From: Methanothermobacter marburgensis str. Marburg
GTDB lineage: Archaea; Methanobacteriota; Methanobacteria; Methanobacteriales; Methanothermobacteraceae
DNA: 32,000 bases
NCBI RefSeq assembly: GCF_000145295.1
Contig: NC_014408.1
Coordinates: 1,350,001-1,382,000 of the forward strand
Direction of reading: 5' to 3'
The notes under the pieces were generated by a model. The model was not told where the DNA came from, did no database searches, and saw only the letters and a program-made list of their open reading frames with translations. Shown here one piece after another: positions 14,784 to 24,964 of this stretch. A program made the translations under genes and the position numbers. Numbering within the stretch: position 1 is the first letter of the stretch; each line of letters opens with the position of its first letter.

Positions 14784-16130
14784 ATGATATTCGAGATAAT
14801 AAGGTCGGAGGGGCTATCCCATAATTCCTATTTTCTTGCATCTGGTGGCGAGGCTGCTGTTGTGGATCCAAGAAGGGATGTGGACGTGTACCTTGAACTT
14901 GCAGAAAAAAACAGCGTGAACATCAGGTACATCTTTGAAACCCACCGCAATGAGGACTACACCATTGGCTCTGTGGAACTGGCGCGGTACGTGGATGCTG
15001 AGATACTCCACGGGGCGCATCTGGATTTCGAGTATGGTACGGCTGTGGTTGAGGGTGACACCTTCAGACTGGGGAACCTTGAACTGGAGGTCCTTGAAAC
15101 ACCCGGGCACACCTATGAGAGCATATCGGTGGCTGTGCGTGATACCACCGTCTCAGATGAATGCCTGATGGTCTTCACCGGTGACGTGCTATTCGCTGGT
15201 GAAACAGGGCGTGTTGATTTCTTTGGACCCGAAAAAATCCCTGAAACCGCAGGGTTGCTCTATGATAGCATACATGAGAAGATAATCCCCCTGGGAGACC
15301 ATGTTGTGGTCTGCCCGGCCCATGGAGCAGGTTCGGTCTGCGGGGCGGACATAAGGGACATGGATACAACAACGGTTGGGTATGAGAGGCTCACAAACCC
15401 CTACCTGCAGATGGGAAGGGACGAGTTCACTGAACACAAGATTTCCGAGAGACTCTACACACCACCATACTTCCGGAGGATGGAGGAGAACAACCTGAGG
15501 GGTGCTCCTGTGGAGAACCCCAACCTTGAAGCCCTCCCTGTCCCTGAATTCAGGGAACTGCTGGCTGAAAGCGCCCAGGTGGTTGATGTCCGGAACCCCA
15601 CAAGCTTCTCATCTGGCCACATACCCGGAAGTCTGAACATCTGGCAGGACGGATTCGCAGCCTTTGCAGGTTACTTCCTCAACTACGACGACCCTGTACT
15701 TGTGGTTGATGATGGGAGGGGTGTTGAATCTGTGAGGAGGTCCCTTATAAGGCTCGGCTATGATAACATGGCAGGTTACCTTGCAGGGGGATTCCCCTCC
15801 TGGTACATGGCTGGACTCGAGTTTAATGCCATAAGGTCCATGAGCGTCCATGAACTCAGAGAACTTGAAGGTGACATCTTCCTCCTTGATGTGCGTAAGA
15901 TCACAGACAGGGAGAGGTTCCATATTGAGGGCTCAGAGCACATCTGGGTGGGGGATCTCCCTGATAACGTTGACATGATCCCCGAGAAGGACGTGGTTAT
16001 ATACTGTGATTCAGGTTACAAGTCAACGATAGCTGCCAGCATACTTGAGAGTCATGGTTTCAGCACCACAACTGTACTTGGGGGTATCGGCGCATGGCTG
16101 AGGGCAGGTTACCCTGTGGTGGAGGTGTGA
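14784..16130 (+). CDS. Metallo-beta-lactamase-fold protein fused to two rhodanese domains (sulfur-transfer / persulfide-metabolism type)
   Basis: The ORF runs 14775..16130. I prefer the ATG at 14784, after GGTGAGGTG. MBL motifs are ETHRNEDYTIG (a variant of THxHxDHxxG), TPGHT and CPAHG. Rhodanese 1 lacks the catalytic Cys (VVDDGRG). Rhodanese 2 has it (VIYCDSGYKS). Confidence 0.85.
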   Translation: MIFEIIRSEGLSHNSYFLASGGEAAVVDPRRDVDVYLELAEKNSVNIRYIFETHRNEDYTIGSVELARYVDAEILHGAHLDFEYGTAVVEGDTFRLGNLELEVLETPGHTYESISVAVRDTTVSDECLMVFTGDVLFAGETGRVDFFGPEKIPETAGLLYDSIHEKIIPLGDHVVVCPAHGAGSVCGADIRDMDTTTVGYERLTNPYLQMGRDEFTEHKISERLYTPPYFRRMEENNLRGAPVENPNLEALPVPEFRELLAESAQVVDVRNPTSFSSGHIPGSLNIWQDGFAAFAGYFLNYDDPVLVVDDGRGVESVRRSLIRLGYDNMAGYLAGGFPSWYMAGLEFNAIRSMSVHELRELEGDIFLLDVRKITDRERFHIEGSEHIWVGDLPDNVDMIPEKDVVIYCDSGYKSTIAASILESHGFSTTTVLGGIGAWLRAGYPVVEV

Positions 16131-16133
16131 GTA

Positions 16134-16610
16134 ATGACTATGGTCAAGATCCCCCTCATGAGCAGGGAGGAATACGATGAGTTCATAAGGGACAACTTCA
16201 TGAGCAGGATAGCCTTCAACGGTGACTATCCATACATAGCCCCCTTCCTCTATGTATTCGATGGGGAACACATCTACTTCCTCTCAACAAGGTACGGGAG
16301 GAAGATAGAGCTCCTCAAGAAAAACCCCTATGTCGCAGTGGAGATAGAACACTACGAGGATGATCTATCAGATTATCGCTTCGTTACACTGCAGGGGCAG
16401 ATAGTCGAGGAGAAGGACCCCTCAACAAGGAAGAGGGTTAAGAGGATGTTTGCTGACCTCATAGAGAAGCACGGCTTATCAAGGAACATCCTGAAGGCCT
16501 TTGGTCATTCGCCTGAGGATCCTCTGACATGCCTTGTGGAGATGGACCGTTCCTATGTATGGAAACTGGTGGATGTGGTTGATATTGTGGGCATAAAAAG
16601 CGGTGAGTAG
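16134..16610 (+). CDS. Pyridoxamine 5'-phosphate oxidase-like FMN-binding split-barrel protein
   Basis: 158 aa. MSREEYDEFIRDNFMSRIAFNGDYPYIAPFLYVFDGEHIYFLSTRYGRKIELLKKNPYVAVEIE fits the PNPOx-like family pattern. GGAGGTG lies 6 nt upstream of the start. Confidence 0.8.
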   Translation: MTMVKIPLMSREEYDEFIRDNFMSRIAFNGDYPYIAPFLYVFDGEHIYFLSTRYGRKIELLKKNPYVAVEIEHYEDDLSDYRFVTLQGQIVEEKDPSTRKRVKRMFADLIEKHGLSRNILKAFGHSPEDPLTCLVEMDRSYVWKLVDVVDIVGIKSGE

Positions 16611-16629
16611 AGGTAAATGAGTGTAAGTG

Positions 16630-16655
16630 GTTCCAGGTGTTTGGCCACCTGGAAC
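16630..16655. other. Perfect 10-bp stem / 6-nt loop hairpin in a convergent intergenic region
   Basis: gttccaggtg-tttggc-cacctggaac. It lies 20 nt after the PNPOx-like stop. No oligo-T tract follows, so a terminator role is uncertain. Confidence 0.4.
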
Positions 16656-16821
16656 AGGTTAGGGGGGTTAAATGTAGAAAAAGTTTAGGGTGTTGAAGGA
16701 GTTAAATGAAGGTTGGGGGGATGAACATCTACTCCTTCACCTACCCTGCTACTCATTCTTCTTCACATAGACTAAAGGTTTTTTGTGAATAATTTCACCC
16801 ATCTCATATTTTTTGTGACAT

Positions 16822-17670
16822 CTAAATTACCATGGCAGCCATCCCTGTTACGGTGCCGCTTCCAGCAGCAAATGCCAGGAACGTCACCGCCATCCCTGCC
16901 TTTATGAGTCCTGAAACACGTGAGGCAGTTTCCCTATCCTGGACTTTGAGTATCATGAAGGCTGCCCTCAGGAAGAAAAGCACTGCAACTGCAAGGACAG
17001 GGATATAAAGGATTGAAAATATCCCAATAATGTAAAGGCTTGGGCTTGTGAGGCTAGCGGATAACATGAAGGCAGCCGCAAGGATCCCTGAAACCCTCAT
17101 GCCATGTGTTATGGGGAGAGTGGTTGCACCCTCAACCTGGTCCCCCTCCACGTCCTCCATGTCCTTGACTATCTCCCTCGCCATGGTCATTAGGAAGGCA
17201 TAGATTCCAAGGTAAATGGAGGCAGAGAGCTCACCGACAACTATGCCACCAAATACGAAGCTCATCCCTGTTAGAAAGGATATGGTTATGTTGCCAACAA
17301 GGCACCTCTTCTTGAGGCTCCGGGCATAGTACACCATGAGCAGGGAACTTGAAGCCACCACAAGACCGGGCAGGGGGCCAAGGTAGAACCCCAGTGCTGA
17401 CGCTAAAACAAAAAGTAAGGCCGAATAGGTCCCTGCAGCCCTTCTTGTGATCCTCCCTGATGGTATGGGGCGTGATGGCCTGTTGATTCTATCAATTTCA
17501 TGGTCAAAGTAGTCATTTATCACATTACCTGCACCTGTGGCCGTGAAAACAATGATGCAGGCAATAAGAACATCAACATCAAACCTGCCGGCAATGAGGG
17601 CCATGAGTATAACGGTTATTACCGCCATGACAGCGTTTACTGGTCTCAGTATCTCAATGTAAGGGTTCAT
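16822..17670 (-). CDS. UbiA-family prenyltransferase, likely digeranylgeranylglyceryl phosphate (DGGGP) synthase
   Basis: The ORF runs 16822..17703. I prefer the ATG at 17670 (MNPYIEILRPVNAVMAV), 7 nt after GGAGGT. It has the Asp-rich motif NVINDYFDHEIDRINRPSRPIPSG and is polytopic. Confidence 0.85.
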   Translation of the reverse strand: MNPYIEILRPVNAVMAVITVILMALIAGRFDVDVLIACIIVFTATGAGNVINDYFDHEIDRINRPSRPIPSGRITRRAAGTYSALLFVLASALGFYLGPLPGLVVASSSLLMVYYARSLKKRCLVGNITISFLTGMSFVFGGIVVGELSASIYLGIYAFLMTMAREIVKDMEDVEGDQVEGATTLPITHGMRVSGILAAAFMLSASLTSPSLYIIGIFSILYIPVLAVAVLFFLRAAFMILKVQDRETASRVSGLIKAGMAVTFLAFAAGSGTVTGMAAMVI

Positions 17671-17777
17671 GCGAAAACCTCCATCAGCTCTACACCTACC
17701 CATAAAAGTCCAGCATACCTGAATTACTCGCAGCTTTTAAATATATCAATCATGATAAATCAAAAGCCACTTATACC

Positions 17778-18458
17778 TTGAGTTACTCCATAATTCCTAT
17801 GAGCGGCAGTGACATTCTTGGACTTCTGATGGTATATCTGTATGTTGCGGTTTTACTGATTGTATCCGAGAGGCTCCTTGGTGATAGACCAAACCTGAGC
17901 CGGAAGTTTGTACATATAATGGTTGGTAACATCCTATTTATATTACCCCTCTTTGATAGCCGGCTGGTTATAACATTCCTGGCGGCGGCACCATTCATAC
18001 CCCTCACATTCCTCATAAGCCCCTACTCACCACTGAAGATAAAGCACAGGGCTTCCTCCTATGGCCATGGCCTCGGCCTCGTCTACTACTCCGTATCCTG
18101 GACCGTGCTGGCCTACCTATTCTTCAACACCCCCTGGGTCACGGGTATAGGAATAGCCGCCATGTCCTATGGTGACGGCCTTGCAAGCCTTATAGGTGAG
18201 AGGTTCGGCAGGACAACATTCAGTGTACTGGGGGACAGGAAGAGCCTGGAGGGTTCCCTTGGGATGTTCCTCACCCTCATGGTGACGCTGCCCGTGGTCC
18301 TAATCTACTACTCACAGAACATTACCCCGGTTATCATACTGGGGGTCGCCCTGGTATCAACGGTACTGGAGGCCCTCACCCCCCGGGGCCTTGACAACCT
18401 GACAGCATGCTTCGGGGCAGTTGCAGCCTACATAATCCTCGGGGGAATGTCTGTTTGA
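17778..18458 (+). CDS. CTP-dependent polyprenol (dolichol/phytol) kinase / cytidylyltransferase family membrane protein
   Basis: 226 aa, polytopic. It carries SRKFVHIMVGN, YGDGLASLIGERFGR and LEGSLGMF motifs. The start is TTG, or the ATG at 17799. Confidence 0.7.
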   Translation: MSYSIIPMSGSDILGLLMVYLYVAVLLIVSERLLGDRPNLSRKFVHIMVGNILFILPLFDSRLVITFLAAAPFIPLTFLISPYSPLKIKHRASSYGHGLGLVYYSVSWTVLAYLFFNTPWVTGIGIAAMSYGDGLASLIGERFGRTTFSVLGDRKSLEGSLGMFLTLMVTLPVVLIYYSQNITPVIILGVALVSTVLEALTPRGLDNLTACFGAVAAYIILGGMSV

Positions 18459-19057
18459 GGTTCATAGTCATAGATGGCCTTGACGGGGCAGGGAAGGACA
18501 CCCACGCCGAACTCATAAGAAGGAGGTACCTTGAGCGTGGTGAGCGCGTAATATTCAGGTCCCACCCTGAGGAGGATAACCCCTACGGTAAAAGGGCCAG
18601 GAAGGCCCTCCTCATTGGGGGAAGGATTAACCACATCAGGGCCGCAGTTTTCTATGCGCTTGACGTCATAAGGTCCCTCTGGCTCTACCACTGGCGCTCC
18701 AACCCCGGCCCCGACACCCTCATATTCTCAAGGTACCTCATGGGTGTGGCCTACCTTCCGGGGCCGCTGGCATCAATAATGTACCGCCTGCTCTCAGGGG
18801 TCCTCCCCACCACCAAGTACATGTTCTTCCTCGACGTATCACCTGAGGAATCCCTGAGAAGGTTAATGGAGAGGGATGAACATGAGATGTTCGAGAACCT
18901 GGAGGACCTCACAAGGACAAGGCAAAAGGCCCTCAGGCTTGCCAGTGACTGGTACATAATAAACACAGAGGACTCCATAGCTGATGTGCAGCGAAGGATA
19001 GACGAGATACTTGACCTCCTGGATGGTGATGCTTCTGAAAATTATCTGCCTTGTTGA
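18455..19057 (+). CDS. Thymidylate kinase-family P-loop kinase
   Basis: The ORF runs 18407..19057. I prefer the TTG at 18455, which overlaps the upstream TGA (TTGA) and gives MRFIVIDGLDGAGKDTHAELI, the usual N-terminal P-loop placement. Confidence 0.7.
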   Translation: MRFIVIDGLDGAGKDTHAELIRRRYLERGERVIFRSHPEEDNPYGKRARKALLIGGRINHIRAAVFYALDVIRSLWLYHWRSNPGPDTLIFSRYLMGVAYLPGPLASIMYRLLSGVLPTTKYMFFLDVSPEESLRRLMERDEHEMFENLEDLTRTRQKALRLASDWYIINTEDSIADVQRRIDEILDLLDGDASENYLPC

Positions 19058-19808
19058 GGACACCCCAAAGGATCCCCTGATGGGTGAACATGGCCTCTCA
19101 CTGTACATCGAGTCTGACATCAGGATACTCTTTGATATGGGGCAGAGCAGACTCTTTGCAGAGAATGCCAGAAGACTGGGCGTTGACCTCAGGGATGTGG
19201 ATGTGGCAGTTATATCACACGGCCACTATGACCATGGGGGTGGACTAAGGTATTTCCTCGAAATCAATGACTCTGCAGATGTCCTCCTGGGGGAGGGGGC
19301 ATTTACACCACGCTATGCCGTTAATGGTGGCTGGAGGTTCATAGGCCTAGAGGAAATCCACGACGACAGGATAAAGTTCATCTCTAAAACTGAGAGTTTT
19401 CCAGGTTTCACGGTGATCCGGGACTTTAGAGATCTTTTCGAGAAACCCGCTGGTAACAGGGCTCTCTTTGAATGTTTAAATGGCGAACCTGTTCCTGACA
19501 GCTTTTCCGATGAACTGGCCATTGTCATTGAAGATGAGGGTCATCTTAACCTAATAACGGGTTGCTCCCACAACGGCATACTCAACATTGTCAGTAAGGC
19601 CTATGACATCTTTCATAAACCCGTGGATCTTCTTGTGGGTGGTTTCCACCTTGAGGGACCCTCAGAGGGGGTTGCATCCAGGCTTGGAGAATTTGTTAGA
19701 GGTCCAGTCTACACTGGTCACTGCACATCAGAGGAGGCACGGCTCAGTCTTGCTGAGGGTCCAGTTAATGTCAATCCACTCCAGACAGGGACGGAAATCA
19801 TCACATGA
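19023..19808 (+). CDS. MBL-fold metallo-hydrolase (MJ0301-like family)
   Basis: The ORF runs 19011..19808, with a likely start at 19023 or 19029 (MLLKIICLVEDTP). It has GEHGLSLYIE, the metal motif VISHGHYDHGGGL and CSHNG. Confidence 0.75.
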   Translation: MVMLLKIICLVEDTPKDPLMGEHGLSLYIESDIRILFDMGQSRLFAENARRLGVDLRDVDVAVISHGHYDHGGGLRYFLEINDSADVLLGEGAFTPRYAVNGGWRFIGLEEIHDDRIKFISKTESFPGFTVIRDFRDLFEKPAGNRALFECLNGEPVPDSFSDELAIVIEDEGHLNLITGCSHNGILNIVSKAYDIFHKPVDLLVGGFHLEGPSEGVASRLGEFVRGPVYTGHCTSEEARLSLAEGPVNVNPLQTGTEIIT

Positions 19809-19844
19809 GAGATCTTATTAAAGGAGACGTGCAGATATAATACC

Positions 19845-20705
19845 ATGAAGCGGGCCATCATCCTCATCATACTCTTAATACTCATTCAGGGCGCATATGC
19901 ACACCAGCCCCGCCTTGTGAGTGATGATGAGGTTACAGTCAAGAACCCAGAGGTGTCACAGGCATTCTATGGTGAACTTGAGGGGGAACCCGTCTACTTC
20001 AGGGTTGATTCAGGGAGCCCCTTTAGACTGTATGTTAATATTCTGGTTCCGCTCTCACCTGATGCAGAGGCCGTCTCTGTGGATATAATAAAGGATGGTA
20101 AGGTTATAGGGACACTTGATGGTAACCTGAGTTCCTGGAGCCCCTACTTCGAGGAGTTTGGTGGTGACAGTTACTTTAAGGGCCCTGAATTCAACAGGAC
20201 CGTTGGGGCGGGCACATACTACCTCAGGGTGAGTAATCAGAATAACAGGGGGAGTTACGTCCTTGCCATTGGGGAGGAGGAATCCTTCCCGCCGGATGAG
20301 GCCCTGAACGCCATTTTCCTTCTCCCCATCCTGAAGTCAGAGGTGTTCGGTGTTCCCGTACTCCTCAATCTCCTCCAGTTTCTGGGCATGGCCATGGGGA
20401 TGGGGTCATTCATTGTGCTTCTCCTCCTCTCATGGCGCGGTTACCTTTCAGAGAACGAACACAGGGACATCAGATGGATTCTATGGGCAGGAATTCTTTT
20501 AATCGTTACAGGGTGGATACCCACCCACCTCAGAAACCCGCTAAATATAATGGGAAACCTCATTAACCTTTCACTAATTTTAATCGTTATACTTACCTGG
20601 AGGTTTGATAGGGGGCTTCCAGAACACAGTAAGTTCAGGGAAAGTGTCCTCCTTGCCTCATGGATAATCCTGATTATTCTAAAGGCCTCAATCGTGAATT
20701 GGTGA
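19845..20705 (+). CDS. Secreted/membrane protein of unknown function (signal peptide, beta-rich ectodomain, C-terminal TM helices)
   Basis: 286 aa. The signal-like N-terminus is MKRAIILIILLILIQGAYA. There are several hydrophobic helices in the C-terminal third. Confidence 0.7.
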   Translation: MKRAIILIILLILIQGAYAHQPRLVSDDEVTVKNPEVSQAFYGELEGEPVYFRVDSGSPFRLYVNILVPLSPDAEAVSVDIIKDGKVIGTLDGNLSSWSPYFEEFGGDSYFKGPEFNRTVGAGTYYLRVSNQNNRGSYVLAIGEEESFPPDEALNAIFLLPILKSEVFGVPVLLNLLQFLGMAMGMGSFIVLLLLSWRGYLSENEHRDIRWILWAGILLIVTGWIPTHLRNPLNIMGNLINLSLILIVILTWRFDRGLPEHSKFRESVLLASWIILIILKASIVNW

Positions 20706-20814
20706 TTCCCACCAGAAAAGGGGCGAAACATTTAATAGTTTAATATGCAAATCTTAAAAAGTAAGTTGATCAATTTATAGCCTTGATTTTATGATTATCA
20801 CAAATCTCTGAAAG

Positions 20815-21921
20815 GTGTTTCAATTGGATAAGATAAAGATTGCAATAGTCGGTGTGGGAAACTGTGCCAGCTCCCTGATTCAGGGGATATACTATTACCG
20901 TAACAAGGATGCCCGTGATTCAATAGGACTCATGCACTGGGATATTGGGGGTTACAGGCCAGGGGACATTGAGGTTGTGGCGGCCTTCGATGTGGATAAA
21001 AGAAAGGTCGGGAAAGACGTGAGTGAGGCCATATTTGCACCCCCAAACTGCACGACTGTATTCTGTGATGATATACCCGAGATGGGTGTTGAGGTATCCA
21101 TGGGGCACGTCCTTGATGGTGTGGCGCCCCACATGAAGAATTACCCTGAAGATCAGACCTTCGTTGTGGCAGACGCCGAACCCGTTGATGTTGTGGAGGT
21201 CCTCAGGGAAAGCGGGGCTGAGATACTACTCAACTATCTACCCGTGGGATCAGAGGAGGCTGCAAGGTTCTATGCTGACTGCGCCCTCGAGGCCGGGGTC
21301 GCCTACATAAACAACATGCCTGTCTTCATAGCCAGTGACCCTAAATGGGCCGCCAGATTTGAGGACAGAGGGATACCAATTGTTGGTGATGATATAAAGG
21401 CCCAGCTTGGAGCCACCATAACCCACAGAACCCTCGCAAATCTCTTCAAAAAGAGGGGTGTCAGGCTTGATCGGACCTACCAGATAAACACCGGTGGGAA
21501 CACGGACTTCCTCAACATGCTCAACCGTGACAGGCTTGACTCAAAGAAGGAATCCAAGACTGAAGCAGTTCAGTCAATACTGGGTGAGGAACGGCTGGAT
21601 GAGGAGAACATCCACATAGGCCCCAGCGACTACATACCCTGGCAGAAGGACAATAAGATCTGCTTCCTCAGGATGGAGGGCAGGCTCTTCGGGGATGTAC
21701 CCATGAACCTTGAGCTGAGGCTGAGTGTTGAGGACTCACCCAACTCTGCTGGATGCGTCATCGACGCCATAAGGTGCTGCAAACTCGCCATTGACCGTGG
21801 CGTGGGCGGAACACTTACATCAATATCAGCCTATACCATGAAACATCCGCCGGTGCAGTACACAGATGATGTTGCCGCCGGTATGGTGGATGAGTTCATT
21901 GAGGGTAAAAGAGAGAGATAA
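20815..21921 (+). CDS. myo-Inositol-1-phosphate synthase (archaeal type)
   Basis: 368 aa with the NAD-binding N-terminus [20 protein letters not shown], plus [10 protein letters not shown] and SPNSAG motifs. The start is GTG at 20815 or TTG at 20824. Confidence 0.9.
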   Translation: MFQLDKIKIAIVGVGNCASSLIQGIYYYRNKDARDSIGLMHWDIGGYRPGDIEVVAAFDVDKRKVGKDVSEAIFAPPNCTTVFCDDIPEMGVEVSMGHVLDGVAPHMKNYPEDQTFVVADAEPVDVVEVLRESGAEILLNYLPVGSEEAARFYADCALEAGVAYINNMPVFIASDPKWAARFEDRGIPIVGDDIKAQLGATITHRTLANLFKKRGVRLDRTYQINTGGNTDFLNMLNRDRLDSKKESKTEAVQSILGEERLDEENIHIGPSDYIPWQKDNKICFLRMEGRLFGDVPMNLELRLSVEDSPNSAGCVIDAIRCCKLAIDRGVGGTLTSISAYTMKHPPVQYTDDVAAGMVDEFIEGKRER

Positions 21922-22015
21922 CCCAATAATCTCAATTTCTGGATGGATCCAGAAAAAATCCTCAATCAAACTATTTTTATAAAAGGTTTATAAAAAGGAG
22001 TTATCTGGCTGAGGA

Positions 22016-22201
22016 TCAGTCCTCCTCAACCTCTATGCACTCATTTGGGCATACGTCCATGCATACCTCACATTCATTGCACTCCTCAGGGTGCTGGACC
22101 TTGAGTTTACCGTCAACTATTATGAGTACCTCCATCGGGCATACATCGACACATTCTCCGCATGCATCACATTCATCATAATCTATGATTATCTTTGCCA
22201 T
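22016..22201 (-). CDS. 2x[4Fe-4S] ferredoxin
   Basis: 61 aa with two CxxCxxCxxxCP clusters (CDACGECVDVCP, CNECEVCMDVCP). Confidence 0.9.
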   Translation of the reverse strand: MAKIIIDYDECDACGECVDVCPMEVLIIVDGKLKVQHPEECNECEVCMDVCPNECIEVEED

Positions 22202-22375
22202 TTTGATTCTCCCTTAATATTTGTTGTAAATTTAATGGTTAGGATTAGTATCTCATTCCTTATAACCATTTCAGCCATTGGGATAAATTTATAGAGAATT
22301 AATACATCTGCGGTGTATTTAAGGAAGTTCCTACTATGTATATAAAGGATTAAATGATCTCATGAGAGGGTCACG

Positions 22376-24082
22376 ATGAAAGGGATAAAGGTCGTTGAAA
22401 CAGCATTCAGGGATGCGCACCAGTCACTTCTTGCAACTCGTCTCCGGACAAGGGACATGATACCCATCGCAGAGGAGATGGACAGGGCTGGTTTCTTCTC
22501 ACTGGAGGCGTGGGGAGGCGCAACCTTCGATACCTGCATACGTTACCTGAACGAGGATCCATGGGAGAGGCTGCAGAGACTCAAGGAGCACATAAGAAGG
22601 ACTCCGATACAGATGCTCCTTCGCGGTCAGAACCTGGTGGGTTACAAGCACTACCCCGATGACATCGTAAGGAAGTTCATTGAGAAGTCATATGAAAACG
22701 GCGTTGATGTGTTCAGGATATTCGACGCCCTTAATGACCTCAGGAACATGGAGTACGCCATAAAGGTTGCCAGGGAACAGGGCGCCCATGTCCAGGGGGT
22801 TATCTGCTACACCATAAGTCCCTACCATACACTTGAAAGTTACGTGGACTTTGCAAGGGAACTGGAGGCCCTTGAATGTGACTCGGTTGCCATTAAGGAT
22901 ATGGCTGGTTTAATTTCACCCCACGATGCCTACGAACTTGTAAGCACCCTTAAAGAGGAAACAGACCTCATGGTAAATCTTCACTGCCACTGCACAAGCG
23001 GTATGACACCCATGAGTTACTATGCGGCCTGTGAGGCGGGGGTTGATATCCTTGACACCGCAATATCCCCCCTATCATGGGGTGCATCACAGCCTCCAAC
23101 CGAGAGCCTCGTTGCTGCCCTCAGGGACACCCCCTATGATACCGGACTCGACCTCAAGATCCTGAAGAACATCAAGAAGTACTTCGAGGAGATCAGAAAG
23201 AAGTACAGCAGCATACTGGACCCCATCGCCGAGCAGATCGACACAGACGTCCTTATCTACCAGATACCCGGGGGTATGCTATCAAACCTTGTTGCACAGC
23301 TCAAGGAACAGAACGCCCTTGACAGGTACGAGGAGGTACTTGAGGAGATGCCCCGTGTCAGGAAGGACATGGGTTACCCGCCACTTGTAACCCCGACGAG
23401 CCAGATAGTGGGTATACAGGCTGTTATGAATGTCTTAAGCGGCGAAAGGTACAGTATGGTCACCAATGAGGTGAAGGACTACTTCAGGGGACTCTATGGT
23501 AGGCCGCCCGCACCTGTAAATGAGGAGGTCGCAAGGAAGGTAATCGGCGATGAGGAGCCCATCGACTGCAGACCCGCAGACATCCTCAAGCCCCAGTACG
23601 AGGAATGCTGGAAGAGGGGTGAGGAGATGGGCATAATAGAGAAGGAGGAGGATATACTGACCCTCGCACTTTACCCTGCCATAGCACCCAAATTCCTGAG
23701 GGGAGAGGTGGAGGAGGAACCGCTAGAGCCCCCGGTGGAGGAAAGGGCACCCGCCGGTGATGTGCCAACGGTCTTCCATGTTGAGGTGGACGGTGACGAA
23801 TTCAACGTCAAGGTCGTGCCCACAGGATACATGACCATCGAGGAGGCTGAACCAGAACCCGTGGACGTTGAGGGTGCCGTCAGGTCAACTATGCAGGGGA
23901 TGGTTGTGAAGCTGAAGGTCAGTGAGGGTGACGCTGTGAATGCAGGGGATGTTGTGGCTGTTGTTGAGGCCATGAAGATGGAGAACGACATCCAGACACC
24001 CCATGGTGGCGTTGTTGAGAGGATATACACAGGTGAGGGCGAAAGGGTTGAGACAGGTGACATCCTCATGGTCATAAAATAA
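22376..24082 (+). CDS. pycB: Pyruvate carboxylase subunit B (carboxyltransferase + biotinyl carrier domain)
   Basis: 568 aa. It has a TIM-barrel carboxyltransferase N-terminus (VETAFRDAHQSL) and a C-terminal biotin attachment site VEAMKMEN. Confidence 0.93.
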   Translation: MKGIKVVETAFRDAHQSLLATRLRTRDMIPIAEEMDRAGFFSLEAWGGATFDTCIRYLNEDPWERLQRLKEHIRRTPIQMLLRGQNLVGYKHYPDDIVRKFIEKSYENGVDVFRIFDALNDLRNMEYAIKVAREQGAHVQGVICYTISPYHTLESYVDFARELEALECDSVAIKDMAGLISPHDAYELVSTLKEETDLMVNLHCHCTSGMTPMSYYAACEAGVDILDTAISPLSWGASQPPTESLVAALRDTPYDTGLDLKILKNIKKYFEEIRKKYSSILDPIAEQIDTDVLIYQIPGGMLSNLVAQLKEQNALDRYEEVLEEMPRVRKDMGYPPLVTPTSQIVGIQAVMNVLSGERYSMVTNEVKDYFRGLYGRPPAPVNEEVARKVIGDEEPIDCRPADILKPQYEECWKRGEEMGIIEKEEDILTLALYPAIAPKFLRGEVEEEPLEPPVEERAPAGDVPTVFHVEVDGDEFNVKVVPTGYMTIEEAEPEPVDVEGAVRSTMQGMVVKLKVSEGDAVNAGDVVAVVEAMKMENDIQTPHGGVVERIYTGEGERVETGDILMVIK

Positions 24083-24293
24083 AATTTTTATATTTTTACA
24101 CCATGGCCATAGCAGACACCTGCGGGTTCTGCTTCAATATGGGGCCAAATACCTACTTTTATGTCCAGGAGATTCCTCTGCATCCCTTAACTGGCATGTG
24201 GAATTGCACTCATCTATTTTCTCAGGACCCTTCTTCTATTTTTTATCCTGACCTCAGTATCAGCTGATTCAGGTAAATCCATGAAACAGCTGA

Positions 24294-24959
24294 TCAGTGA
24301 AGATCCCAGACCCGCTCAATCCATGATGACATGATGATGCAGCCAGCGGCCGTAAGTAAACCCTCAAGGAGGCCCCATGTTGCTGAATAGATCCCCATAC
24401 TCACCACTGACCTCATGATGGGGAATACACCTGCAGCCCCAAGCTGGATGCCTGTGAGGATACCTGCCAGCACATATGATGCAAAACCTGCAATGAATCC
24501 TGAAAGAACCCTCCTTCCCCCCGAACCCCCAATTGCCCTGCTGTAGATGTAGAATCCCAGGAAACACCCAGGAACCCCCATACCGATCATGTTTGCGCCA
24601 AGTGATGTTACTCCACCAAAGCCAAAGAAGATGGACTGTACAAGCATGACAGCAGACATGAGGATAAATGCCAGGAAGGGGTTTTTAAGGATTACTGAAA
24701 GCAGAGCGGCCCCGTTAAGGGTAAGCGGTACGCCGTAGGGTACAGGTATGCAGAAAGCCTGGATTAAGAAGATTAAAGGTGGTGCAGTTAACATGATCAG
24801 GAGATAACCTGTAAGGTTCACATCATGTGCTCCCTCATCCCTCTTCATGGACAGAAGACCCCTTATCACCCATGCGATGCTCAGGACGAGTACCGCAGTT
24901 GCAGTTACATTGTAGAAGACCAACTGCCAGGCAGGGATAAAACCATCAGGTATGTTCAT
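24294..24959 (-). CDS. CbiM/NikM-like ECF S-component paralogue, orphan (no cbiN/Q/O nearby)
   Basis: 221 aa, polytopic. The N-terminus is MNIPDGF, versus the canonical MHIPDG/MHIMEG. A stop lies immediately upstream in frame, so the start cannot be extended. Confidence 0.75.
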   Translation of the reverse strand: MNIPDGFIPAWQLVFYNVTATAVLVLSIAWVIRGLLSMKRDEGAHDVNLTGYLLIMLTAPPLIFLIQAFCIPVPYGVPLTLNGAALLSVILKNPFLAFILMSAVMLVQSIFFGFGGVTSLGANMIGMGVPGCFLGFYIYSRAIGGSGGRRVLSGFIAGFASYVLAGILTGIQLGAAGVFPIMRSVVSMGIYSATWGLLEGLLTAAGCIIMSSWIERVWDLH

Positions 24960-24964
24960 TCACC

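Noticed and set aside
22091-22294. 67-aa plus-strand ORF overlapping the ferredoxin gene and its promoter region
   Set aside because: It is antisense to a clear 2x[4Fe-4S] ferredoxin and has AT-rich low-complexity composition.
23586-24075. Minus-strand ORFs inside pycB
   Set aside because: They are antisense shadow frames of the biotinyl-domain region, with low-complexity Ser/Thr/Pro content.
24103-24273. 56-codon plus-strand ORF (MAIADTCGFCFNMGPNTY...) downstream of pycB
   Set aside because: It has no SD, no recognisable motif, is below the track threshold, and lies in a terminator-like T-rich convergent spacer. I cannot support it as a gene, though a small protein is not excluded.
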